A stretch of 64,000 nt of DNA. Origin: an uncultured Gammaproteobacteria bacterium. GTDB lineage: Bacteria; Pseudomonadota; Gammaproteobacteria; Pseudomonadales; JAHEGP01. Under the pieces are notes generated by a model, which saw only the letters and a program-made list of their open reading frames with translations, did no database searches and was not told where the DNA came from. The stretch covers positions 229,908 to 293,907 of the forward strand of contig CAWEHR010000001.1 in assembly GCA_963808975.1 (NCBI GenBank), read 5' to 3'. Both the position numbers and the translations under genes were made by a program. Below are positions 48,645-56,986 of the stretch, in pieces. Every line of letters begins with the position of its first letter. Positions within the stretch are counted from its first letter, which is position 1.

Positions 48645-49078
48645 TTCAACGTTTGGTTTGATGAGCAAGCCTGCCTCCCTCACGCAGTATCGCGGGTTGC
48701 GCACATCAGTGCGCCGATCCACATATAGAACGCCCGAGGTTGTAATCTACAACCAAACAGCAGGCAGACCATGAACAATACCGTTGCACGCTGGCTGCGG
48801 CGCATGAGTGACCGCCGGCGCTGGCCATCGACCATCGAGGCATCGGGCGCATCATTCTCGGCAATAGATAGCTGCTGGACCTCGGTGAAACGGATGGTTA
48901 ATCTTTCTCTACAGAGCACCACGTTTGACTTTAGGCAACTCTGATTAACTCGGTAATGCTTCAGCGGAGCCTCTGGCGTTCATTGGCAAGGCGCGCCCTG
49001 CAGGGCTTTGCGAACCGACCAAAGTTGCAGATTTACAACTTTCTCGAGGGAGATTTACGAACATCCCGGTGAAAATCA

Positions 49079-50251
49079 ATGGACGATAAAAATGATTCCG
49101 TTTTGTTGGTAGCAACCTGGGATTCAGGCACAGGCTATGCCTGGTGGCTAGTAGAAAGCTTCTGGGCGCAGTTAGGGTTCTATTTCTCGGAAAACTCAAG
49201 AAATGTTTATTTGGCATATCCGAGTATAAGTAAGATCTCCAATACGATATCCCAGTCGCCGATTAAGTTGACGCAACTGGATTTCAGAAAAAAAGATCTG
49301 AAGTCCGTAATTGGCCAGTGCAAGTTTTTACGACAAAAGAAAATCGGTACTATTTATTTCTCAGACTATCCACGTTGCCATTGGAGCTACCTCTTTTACC
49401 GGATGGCAGCAATAAAGTGCATTATCATTCATGACCATGCGCCGGGGATGAGGGAAAAACCACATCCAGTCAAGCGACTGCTAAAGCGCATGCTGGTTCG
49501 CCTCCCTGGAATTTGCGCTAACGGGCTCATCGGCGCAACGGATTATGTTCGAAAAAGGCATATTGAAGTGGACTGTTTTCCAGAAAAGAGATGCTTCAGT
49601 GCCCCTAACGGTTTGCCTGATCCGCCTGTCACGTTGCCATTGGATCTCCATAAAGTCTATGGCATCCCTGGCAACAGGAAGATAATGGTCACAACAGGAC
49701 GGGCAAGTCATTACAAGGGAGTAGATTTTGCGCTAGAAGTGCTCGCTATCCTGGTGAATAACGGGAATCGCAGAGACGTTCATTATCTATTTTGTGGTGA
49801 TGGACCAAATATTGATGAATTCAGGCGGTTAGCAAATAGATTGAACATACAGGACTATGTGACCTTTACGGGCTATATAAGTCACGTGTATTCCCATCTC
49901 CTCGCTTGTGATTTCGCCATTCATCCGTCCAAGGGGGAAGTCGGATATTCCCTGTCTATTCTGGAGTACATGCAGGCAGGTTTACCGGTGATTGTGCCTG
50001 ACAATCCGTCAGTGTGCGGTGCAAGCGTTTCTGGGATCAATGGCTTTGTATACAAAGAGGGTTGCACGCTCGATGCCGCTGACAAGGTCATAGAGCTATT
50101 AGATGATCCAATACTGGTCGAACGAATGGGCGAGCAGGCCAGACAATATGTGCAGGAAACACACAGGTTAGAAGTGACCCACCAGCGGCTGCTGAATGCG
50201 GTGATTGCGATTGAAAAGTCTACCTTCCTACATAGAGTCGACACAATTTGA
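49079..50251 (+). CDS. glycosyltransferase, GT-B fold (GT4-like)
   Basis: 390-aa ORF. The C-terminal half has the GT4 pattern (GRASHYKGVDFALE...PSKGEVGYSLSILEYMQAGLPVIV). Visibly AT-richer codon usage than the neighbours. Confidence 0.7.
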   Translation: MDDKNDSVLLVATWDSGTGYAWWLVESFWAQLGFYFSENSRNVYLAYPSISKISNTISQSPIKLTQLDFRKKDLKSVIGQCKFLRQKKIGTIYFSDYPRCHWSYLFYRMAAIKCIIIHDHAPGMREKPHPVKRLLKRMLVRLPGICANGLIGATDYVRKRHIEVDCFPEKRCFSAPNGLPDPPVTLPLDLHKVYGIPGNRKIMVTTGRASHYKGVDFALEVLAILVNNGNRRDVHYLFCGDGPNIDEFRRLANRLNIQDYVTFTGYISHVYSHLLACDFAIHPSKGEVGYSLSILEYMQAGLPVIVPDNPSVCGASVSGINGFVYKEGCTLDAADKVIELLDDPILVERMGEQARQYVQETHRLEVTHQRLLNAVIAIEKSTFLHRVDTI

Positions 50252-50799
50252 ATGGGGTCCCCGCTGGAGAAATCGGCCTCAACATTTCAAAGGGTCTGTT
50301 TCCACATTACCCTTCTAGCGACCTGCTCAGCGTTCACTGCACGCTACGGCCTGTCTACTCGCCGAGTCCCAAGAGGAGCCTCTACCAAGAGGAGCCTCTA
50401 CAATGAAAGCTTCGGTCACTTCGTGACCTCCGTAACCGCTCCAATTGCTGCCGGCTGGAACGCTACTTGCAGGGTGGGGATTTCACACCCCTGGGAATGG
50501 CGCCTTTGCACGGCGCACTCATATCCGGGTTGGCCAACCGCCTGCCTGGCAATCATCGTAGCTGCCAACGATGAAATAGAACCTTCCCCCGCCGCCGGAG
50601 TCTCAATTGTTAAGCGTGAGTGTTTGGTGTCGAATGTTAATAACCAAACACTCTAAGATCGTTTCTTAATAGAAAACCTTGGTCTTAATACGCCTGGGGA
50701 TCAGCAGCGTAAAGATCACTGAGAGGCCATGCAGCGACGCTGCAGACTTGGAACAGCACAAATAATGAAGCAGCACAACACCCAGGAGCGGTGACTATC

Positions 50800-51357
50800 A
50801 TGAAAAGACATTACTACATTTCAGATTCTTTAGACGAACTGTCCGCCGTGCAGCGGGAATTGACACAAAAGGGCGTAACCTCGCCGCAAATCCACGTTCT
50901 CAGCTGGGATGATGCGGAGGTGGCCCGTCGCGAGCTCAACGAAGTGGAGGCCGTACTGAAGAAGGACGTCGTCAACTCAATGAATCGCGGCGCCCTCGTG
51001 GGCGTGGCGGCATCCCTCGGCGTACTGCTGTTCGGCTATGTTTCCGGGTTCGCCGACTCCGCCCTGGGGTGGATGCCGATCATCTTCCTGGCTGTCGTGG
51101 TGCTGGGTTTCTGTACCTGGCTCGGCGGCTTCTACGGCATCCAGGAACCCCACCACCAGTTCAAACGCTTCCAACAGGATCTGGAGAGCGGTCGGCACGT
51201 GTTTTTTGTTGACCTTTATCCAGAGCAGGAAGCGGTAATGGACGAGTTAGTGGGGCGCACGATGGGCCTGCGCCACGCTGGTGATGATGCCTCGGTCCCG
51301 TCCTGGGTAGTGCAGTTCCAGAACCGCTGGCGCAACTTCGTCGAAGTCATGCCCTGA
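50800..51357 (+). CDS. hypothetical membrane protein with two central TM helices
   Basis: ATG at 50800 (MKRHYYISDSLDEL) downstream of GGAGCG. TM segments ALVGVAASLGVLLFGYV and IIFLAVVVLGFCTWLGGF. No family recognised. Confidence 0.5.
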   Translation: MKRHYYISDSLDELSAVQRELTQKGVTSPQIHVLSWDDAEVARRELNEVEAVLKKDVVNSMNRGALVGVAASLGVLLFGYVSGFADSALGWMPIIFLAVVVLGFCTWLGGFYGIQEPHHQFKRFQQDLESGRHVFFVDLYPEQEAVMDELVGRTMGLRHAGDDASVPSWVVQFQNRWRNFVEVMP

Positions 51358-51434
51358 CCGTCAGCGCTCTCCCCTCGCGCGTCGGCCCGGTGCCGGCGCG
51401 TTTTTTTGACCGGACATCGCTCACGGGCCCCTCA

Positions 51435-51656
51435 CTATGAGCTGGCGTCGACCACCTGAACCCTTTGGCCCGCATACGCGACCCACTGCCCAGAACCGAT
51501 CTTGCACCGACGACGCAGTTCCACGGCCCCATCCACCGCGACCTGGCCCGCATCGATGATCTGTTTGGCCTGTCCCCCGCTATCACACCAACCCTGCAGC
51601 TTGAGCAGCTTATTGAGTGTGATAAAGGGTTGGCCCTGCAAGTCGAATTGCTGCAT
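51435..51656 (-). CDS. ybcJ: S4-domain RNA-binding protein YbcJ
   Basis: 73 aa. ITLNKLLKLQGWCDSGGQAKQIIDAGQVAVDGAVELRRRCKI is the YbcJ/S4 pattern. The start overlaps the trhO stop by 1 nt. Confidence 0.7.
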   Translation of the reverse strand: MQQFDLQGQPFITLNKLLKLQGWCDSGGQAKQIIDAGQVAVDGAVELRRRCKIGSGQWVAYAGQRVQVVDASS

Positions 51657-52654
51657 CAGGTCTGCGCCTGGCTGCGCTGCGCATTTTTGTGCCGAAGCTT
51701 TTTCTCCCGGTTTATGCGTCGTTGCACGACCGCCGCATCGCCCAGGTGCTTCATGCCCCTGGACCTCGCCAAGCGCATCTGCTTTTCCCGCTGGGCGAAG
51801 CGCTGGCGCTGCAATTCAGTGGTCTTGTGGTAGCAGTGGGGACAACTCACGCCCGGCTCGTAGTGTTCACTCGCCATATCCTGCTCGGTAATTGGCATGC
51901 GGCAGGCATTGCACTGCCGATAGCTACCCTGTTGCAACTGGTGGTTGACCGATACCCGATTATCGAACACGAAGCATTCGCCCTCCCAGCTTGATTGTTG
52001 CTCGGGAACCTCCTCCAGGTATTTCAGGATACCCCCCTCAAGGTGATAAACCTCCTCAAAGCCCTGCTGCTTGAGATAAGCGGTGGATTTCTCGCAGCGG
52101 ATACCACCGGTGCAGAACATGGCGACCTTCTTGTGGCGGCAAGGGTCAAGATGCTGCTTGACGAAATCGGGGAATTCCCGAAAAGTGGTCGTCCCGGGGT
52201 TGACTGCATTCTTGAAGCTGCCGATTTGCACCTCGTAATCGTTGCGGGTGTCGACCAGCGTTACCTCCGGGTCGGCAATCAGCGCGTTCCAATCCGCCGG
52301 CTTCACGTAGGTGCCTACAATATGGTTGGGGTCGATATCCGGCTGCCCCATGGTGACGATTTCCTTCTTCAACTTGACCTTGGCACGCAGGAAAGGGATC
52401 GAATCGTCATAGGACTCCTTGTGGCTGAGATTTACCAGCCGCGGGTCCTGTCTGAGCCAGTCCAGCAACGTATCGATGCCCTCCCGGGGGCCGGCCACCG
52501 TGCCGTTGATGCCCTCCCGGGCGAGCAGCAGGGTGCCTTTGATACCGTTCGCATGCATGGCTTCGAGCAGGGGCTCGCGCATCCGGGCATAATCTTCAAG
52601 AGTGACAAACAGGTACATGGCCGAAACCACAATGTCGGAGGAACTGGTCATCAT
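51656..52654 (-). CDS. trhO: rhodanese-related tRNA uridine(34) hydroxylase (UPF0176 / YceA)
   Basis: [14 protein letters not shown], rhodanese active-site loop [11 protein letters not shown], and the C-terminal Cys cluster CNAC...CPHC. Confidence 0.8.
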   Translation of the reverse strand: MMTSSSDIVVSAMYLFVTLEDYARMREPLLEAMHANGIKGTLLLAREGINGTVAGPREGIDTLLDWLRQDPRLVNLSHKESYDDSIPFLRAKVKLKKEIVTMGQPDIDPNHIVGTYVKPADWNALIADPEVTLVDTRNDYEVQIGSFKNAVNPGTTTFREFPDFVKQHLDPCRHKKVAMFCTGGIRCEKSTAYLKQQGFEEVYHLEGGILKYLEEVPEQQSSWEGECFVFDNRVSVNHQLQQGSYRQCNACRMPITEQDMASEHYEPGVSCPHCYHKTTELQRQRFAQREKQMRLARSRGMKHLGDAAVVQRRINREKKLRHKNAQRSQAQT

Positions 52655-52886
52655 TTTTTCCTTTCGGCAAGCTGGAGCGTAAATCCAGCGCATTAAACTC
52701 GGCGCGTATTATAGGAGAATTGTCCCCCTGGGTCAGCATGCCACCGTTTCAGGGATGCCAGCCCCCAACGTACCGCATCGGCACCCATTTTTTGGTCACG
52801 TCGGTTTTTTAAAACCGGGCATTTGCTGATAGACTTCCCGCCAAGCAATGTACTCAAGCTTGCTGCCTCACCCACAGGGACAACCC

Positions 52887-53513
52887 ATGAACAAATCGCT
52901 ACTCTTGCTTTTCGTGACTGCGCTGATTCAGGCCTGCACATCTTCACAACCCGCCGACCAGCAAGCCCACGGCGGTATCGACGACCTGTACGCACTCAAC
53001 GGCTGCTACGACAACCTGGCCGCAAGCAATGCCTCCACCCCGGCCAATCTTTATCTGAGCACCATTATCTGGCAGCAATTCACCCACTTGCCCCATAACG
53101 AGATCGCCCATGTCGACATCAACGCCATCTCCGACAAGACCATCGTGGCGACAGCCATTGGCCATTCCGGTGAGATCCTCCTCAAGAACGACCTGAGGAA
53201 CGGGGATGAATTCGTGCTGGAAAACGGATCGCTCAACTTCGCCACGTACCATGATTTTTCCTTCGCCTACCCGGCCGACTACCGCTTTGCGTCCGCTGGC
53301 TGTGATGCGGTAAGCCTCGGAGTTGATCCGGTATGCCATGCAGCCGGGTCGAAGGGCACGCTGGCGGGAGCCGCACTCATGGTCTGGCCCGATCCGAACC
53401 AGCCCCAGGCCGCCATGCGCTTTGTGCGCAACTGGGCCAGCTGTGAGCAGCACAAGTACGGCATCGACCCGGACCGGGGCTTGCGCGAGGTGGAACAACG
53501 CAAGCAGTTGTGA
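52887..53513 (+). CDS. hypothetical lipoprotein
   Basis: MNKSLLLLFVTALIQACTSS lipobox. No family recognised. Confidence 0.5.
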   Translation: MNKSLLLLFVTALIQACTSSQPADQQAHGGIDDLYALNGCYDNLAASNASTPANLYLSTIIWQQFTHLPHNEIAHVDINAISDKTIVATAIGHSGEILLKNDLRNGDEFVLENGSLNFATYHDFSFAYPADYRFASAGCDAVSLGVDPVCHAAGSKGTLAGAALMVWPDPNQPQAAMRFVRNWASCEQHKYGIDPDRGLREVEQRKQL

Positions 53514-53598
53514 GCGACGCCCCCCCGGACGATCTTCCCGGCACAGGGGGAGGCGCCAGTTCAGGTTCAGCGCAGGGCAAACAGGTTGGCTCCGGCCG

Positions 53599-54174
53599 AT
53601 GACGGTTTCGCTGCAGCACATTGAGCTGGCGCTGGCGACTCGCCAACCCCGCAGGCAATCCCTCAGGCGCTTGTTCAAGCGCGCCGCCGTCGCCCTGATT
53701 CTGCGTGAGGTGGATGGCGCTGCCGAAATACTGATGATTCGCCGCTCCCACAGCCAGGGCGACCCGTGGTCCGGCGATATGGCCTTCCCGGGGGGGCTTC
53801 TCGATACGGCCGACCGCCACGGACTCGATGCCGCCTGCCGGGAAACCGCCGAGGAAATCGGCCTGGAACTGGCACCGGACTTCTGCATCGGACGGCTGTC
53901 GGAGCTGACGGTGCCATTGCTGCCGGGCCGCCGGGGGCTGGTGGTCACGCCCTACCTGTTTCGGCTCGACCAGGAGGTAAGACTGGAGGGCAACAACGAG
54001 GTCGCCGAAATCGTCTGGGTACCGCTGGCGTTTCTCCAGGACCCCGCCAATCGTGAAAAGCTCATCTGGGGCAAACGCGGTATCGGCATTCCCATGCCCT
54101 GCTACCGCTACCAGGGTCGACCGATATGGGGCTTGTCGCTGCGCATGCTGCGGGAACTCATCACCCTGCTGTAG
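53599..54174 (+). CDS. NUDIX hydrolase, CoA pyrophosphatase (NudL-like)
   Basis: Start MTVSLQHIEL within ORF 53323..54174. Nudix box FPGGLLDTADRHGLDAACRETAEEIGL preceded by the CoA-type context ILMIRRS. Confidence 0.7.
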   Translation: MTVSLQHIELALATRQPRRQSLRRLFKRAAVALILREVDGAAEILMIRRSHSQGDPWSGDMAFPGGLLDTADRHGLDAACRETAEEIGLELAPDFCIGRLSELTVPLLPGRRGLVVTPYLFRLDQEVRLEGNNEVAEIVWVPLAFLQDPANREKLIWGKRGIGIPMPCYRYQGRPIWGLSLRMLRELITLL

Positions 54175-54263
54175 GACCGGACTCGCCCAAATTGGGCACG
54201 GCTACGGTCTGAGATTGCCGATACTCGGTCGGCAAAAGTAGCGAGGCAAGCGCCGCTATGGAC

Positions 54264-54905
54264 TCACCAACGCAACAGCGACGGCAGTAAAAAGCGCCCT
54301 ATCAACGCTCCCGCAAGCACCGGCGCGACATGCCAGATACCCAGGTGCACCACGCTATCAGCCGTACATGCCAGACCATAGGCGGCCGAACCCAGCGCGG
54401 TTGATGCAACACCGATATACAGGCCCGCCGTAGCGGGCGAAACCGGTGCGCCGCGGCGCAGCCAAAGGACCAATGCCGCTGCACACAGTAAGGAAGCTGC
54501 CAGACCAGCGCCAAAACAGCTCAGGCCATGGTGGTCGATGATGGACGCCAGGCCACGATCGCGCCCAAACAAAGCGACAAACGCCGCGAGCGGCAGCACA
54601 GCAACCATCGCCATCGCCCATTTCGGGCCGTCATGGCTATTGCCAACACCCGGGCAGGCCATTTTGAGAACACTATTGGTACTGGCGCTGCCAAGGATCA
54701 GCAGCAATCCGCTGGTGACCACAAAAAAAGCCGAGGCTTGCCCGGTCCAGGCACCACGCCACAGGCCGCTGAGCAGTTCGACGGCCAGCATTGTAATGAG
54801 CATGGCCAAACTGACAAGTACAAGACCATCGCGGTACTTGATTGAACGCACCGGTTGCAACTCTGCTGCCATCTGTTCGATTAAAGGATTAGGGGCCCGC
54901 TTCAT
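54264..54905 (-). CDS. nrsF: NrsF-like (DUF1109) membrane anti-sigma factor
   Basis: 213 aa with six predicted TM segments. N-terminal LIEQMAAELQPVR is typical of DUF1109. Starts 2 nt after the ECF sigma stop. Confidence 0.7.
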   Translation of the reverse strand: MKRAPNPLIEQMAAELQPVRSIKYRDGLVLVSLAMLITMLAVELLSGLWRGAWTGQASAFFVVTSGLLLILGSASTNSVLKMACPGVGNSHDGPKWAMAMVAVLPLAAFVALFGRDRGLASIIDHHGLSCFGAGLAASLLCAAALVLWLRRGAPVSPATAGLYIGVASTALGSAAYGLACTADSVVHLGIWHVAPVLAGALIGRFLLPSLLRW

Positions 54906-54907
54906 TA

Positions 54908-55438
54908 CTATTCTGCCTTTTCAACCAGTGTGGAGAGGTTTTTCAACCCGCGATGAATATTCACTTTGACAGCAGCCTCTGTCTGTCCGCTTTTTGCAGC
55001 GGCTTCCCGTATGGAAAGCCCCGCTATTTTGACCAGTTCAATTGCTTGTGCCTGTTTGTCGGGAATCTGGCCGAACATTCGATCCAGGCTAAGACGGGCC
55101 ATGATGGCCTCTTCATCACTGTCCTGAGTTGCATCGTGATCTGCCAGAGCATCTTCCGCATTGCGGTAAACGACACGTAGATGGTCAACCCAGCGGTAGC
55201 GCGCGATGGCAGCAAGCCAGGGCAGAAAGGGCCGCGTTGGGTCGTAGCTGGCGCGCTTGTTATGCACCGCTACCAGCACCTCCTGCACCAGATCGTCAAT
55301 CTGGCTCGGTGCGCAGCGGCGGCGGAAAAAGCGCTCCAGCCACAACTGCACCTCAGTGAGGAGTACCGTGTAGGCCTGCTTGTCGCCTTTCTGCGAACAG
55401 GCCATCAGGCGAGCTAAGGTTGGTTCATCTGCAATCAC
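54908..55438 (-). CDS. ECF RNA polymerase sigma factor (SigF-type by context)
   Basis: Region 2 (DLVQEVLVAVHNKRASYDPTRPFLPWLAAIARYRWVDHLR) and region 4 HTH (LVKIAGLSIREAAAKSGQTEAAVKVNIHRGLKNL). Confidence 0.85.
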   Translation of the reverse strand: MIADEPTLARLMACSQKGDKQAYTVLLTEVQLWLERFFRRRCAPSQIDDLVQEVLVAVHNKRASYDPTRPFLPWLAAIARYRWVDHLRVVYRNAEDALADHDATQDSDEEAIMARLSLDRMFGQIPDKQAQAIELVKIAGLSIREAAAKSGQTEAAVKVNIHRGLKNLSTLVEKAE

Positions 55439-55450
55439 AGTCCTTTCCCG

Positions 55451-55915
55451 CTATTTTACGCCCCGGCGCAACAGGCTTAACAGCGCGTCGACAGAAAAGG
55501 TACCGGCCCCGCGAGAGATCAAGATCAACGACATCGCCGCCCATAAACTGTGTGCTGCCCACCATGCATCAGGGTATACAAAAATCTGGATTGTCATTGT
55601 CATGAAAAACAGAGACAAGGCCGAAAAGCGCGTCGCAAAACCCAGAACCAACAGGATCGGGAAAACATGCTCAGCATAGGTCGCCAAATACATCGATAGC
55701 TCGGTCGGCAGCGGCACCGCACTGTATTCCTCCTGAAACAGGTAGCGCGTAGTGCCGCTAGGCTCCAGCCAACTGCCTTCCACCACTTTGGTCCGACCGG
55801 AGCGCCAAAACACACCGGCCAGCGCAAAGCGCGTGAGCAGCAGCGCAACGCTTTCAAAAGCGCGGCCCGACAGGATACCACTTAGCCGGTCGTACTGTTC
55901 GCTCAACCACTGCAT
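55451..55915 (-). CDS. DoxX-family membrane protein
   Basis: 154 aa with four TM segments. LLLTRFALAGVFWRSGRTK and SRGAGTFSVDALL are DoxX motifs. Confidence 0.8.
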   Translation of the reverse strand: MQWLSEQYDRLSGILSGRAFESVALLLTRFALAGVFWRSGRTKVVEGSWLEPSGTTRYLFQEEYSAVPLPTELSMYLATYAEHVFPILLVLGFATRFSALSLFFMTMTIQIFVYPDAWWAAHSLWAAMSLILISRGAGTFSVDALLSLLRRGVK

Positions 55916-55944
55916 ATTACGGACTCCTTATCGGCCTGGCAGTA

Positions 55945-56229
55945 TCAGCGCTTAATCGGCTCCAGCGAGCCCTTGCCTTTGGGAGTCTCAATGCTTTCAC
56001 AGCTACCCTTTTCGACCAGTTTCCAGGCATCACCTTGATAATCGCGGGTGGACGTTCCAGCGCAGCTCGTGCCCGGTCCAGCGGCGCAATCGTTGCCACC
56101 GGCCTTGGCCACGCCATAGCATTTTTCCATGGCGTCGCTTTGCGCAAGGGCCGGCGTGATGCTAAGACCAGCCGATATACCGGCTGCAAGTGCGAATCCG
56201 GCTATTTTTCCGATGTTGTTCCTGGTCAT
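55945..56229 (-). CDS. DUF2282-family Cys-containing secreted peptide (bufferin BufA1-type RiPP precursor)
   Basis: Start [29 protein letters not shown] (Sec signal, AxA site) with AGGAG upstream. Core [44 protein letters not shown] carries the four DUF2282 cysteines. Confidence 0.8.
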   Translation of the reverse strand: MTRNNIGKIAGFALAAGISAGLSITPALAQSDAMEKCYGVAKAGGNDCAAGPGTSCAGTSTRDYQGDAWKLVEKGSCESIETPKGKGSLEPIKR

Positions 56230-56289
56230 CTGTAATCTCCTGAAAAAAGAAAGGTAATGGGTCATTCCAGTGAATGGTGCCCTAAGTAG

Positions 56290-56315
56290 TTCGTCAGTCA
56301 GCGGTGATTGGTTAC
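56290..56315 (-). promoter_or_regulatory. candidate SigF-type ECF promoter for the DUF2282-doxX-sigma-nrsF operon
   Basis: The minus strand reads GTAACC-(16 nt: AATCACCGCTGACTGA)-CGAA, about 60 nt upstream of the 56229 start codon. Confidence 0.55.
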
Positions 56316-56349
56316 ACACACACGGAAAATAAATTTTTGCGATGATGTT

Positions 56350-56375
56350 GTAACTTTTGTTTGCGCCGCAGCGAA
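56350..56375 (+). promoter_or_regulatory. candidate SigF-type ECF promoter for the 6-Cys precursor-DUF692-DUF2063 operon
   Basis: The plus strand reads GTAACT-(16 nt: TTTGTTTGCGCCGCAG)-CGAA, about 62 nt upstream of the 56438 start codon. Confidence 0.55.
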
Positions 56376-56437
56376 TACCCTTGTGTCCAGACCGGGCATC
56401 ACATTTACGTGACAAACACCAAGAAGAGGAAAAACTC

Positions 56438-56719
56438 ATGAGCAAGCTATCTAATTTCGCCGCGACCGCCGCCGCCCTGGCACTGAGCTCTGCTGCAGTA
56501 TTTGCCGCAGATGCGCCCGCAGGAAGCAGTGGCCAGGCCTTGAACAGCGAAGACACTGTCCATTGCTATGGCCTGCACGACTGCAAAGGCAATGCAGACT
56601 GCGCAACTACCCAGAACGCCTGCAAGGGCAAAAACGCCTGCAAAGGCCACGGATTCAAAGCAATGGAAGCCGGCGCGTGCCTGACCAAGGGCGGCACCAT
56701 CGGTGACATTGGCCAATAA
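56438..56719 (+). CDS. 6-Cys CKG-repeat secreted peptide (bufferin BufA2 / BUF_6/12Cys-type RiPP precursor)
   Basis: ATG preceded by [30 protein letters not shown] signal peptide. Core [40 protein letters not shown] has six Cys in Cxx / CKG spacing. Confidence 0.75.
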   Translation: MSKLSNFAATAAALALSSAAVFAADAPAGSSGQALNSEDTVHCYGLHDCKGNADCATTQNACKGKNACKGHGFKAMEAGACLTKGGTIGDIGQ

Positions 56720-56739
56720 ATGAAACCTGTAACCGCAAC

Positions 56740-56895
56740 GGCACTTAACTTAACGCCACTACAGCGATTTGCGCAGCCCCGGTGTGTTCGATCTGCGGGC
56801 GTCTGCGGCAGGGAAGCCGCAGTCGAGCCTCCAGGGACGGATTCACGGCGTACCGCGGATCGAACACACCGGATACAGCCGTTTAAGTAAGTGCC
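56740..56895 (+). other. long imperfect hairpin between the precursor and DUF692 genes
   Basis: Outer arms GGCACTTAACTTAA / TTTAAGTAAGTGCC. Inner 15-bp perfect arms CCGGTGTGTTCGATC (56779-56793) / GATCGAACACACCGG (56858-56872), extendable to 18 bp with one G-U pair. Apical sub-hairpin CTGCGGC-AGGGAA-GCCGCAG. A further 7-bp hairpin lies at 56913-56932. Confidence 0.55.
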
Positions 56896-56986
56896 ATTAC
56901 CTCTAACCAGCCGACTGTGTGAGCGCACAGTCGACCCCGACCCGCGCTTACACAGTACCGGGCCGCACTATTTTTTTGGAGCCATT

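Noticed and set aside
50252-50520. On the minus strand, a resemblance to a group II intron 5' region (GTGCGCC..., TTACGGAG..., AGAAGGGTAA...CCCTTT).
   Set aside because: Only short motif-level similarity. There is no domain V/VI, no intron-encoded reverse transcriptase, and the segment abuts an oppositely oriented intact gene. This cannot be supported without a covariance-model search.
50540-50610. A tmRNA-like stretch: GGTTGGCC followed by GCTGCCAACGATGAA, which would encode A-A-N-D-E as at the start of an SsrA tag.
   Set aside because: The reading frame continues for more than 30 codons without the expected ...LAA-stop. No 5' GGGG acceptor start and no 3' T-arm/CCA tRNA-like end is present on either side.
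56729-56754. A third GTAACC hexamer just after the 6-Cys precursor stop codon, as a possible internal SigF-type promoter for the DUF692 gene.
   Set aside because: The position 16 nt downstream reads TAAC rather than CGAA, so the -10-like element is missing. The hexamer lies immediately upstream of the long hairpin.
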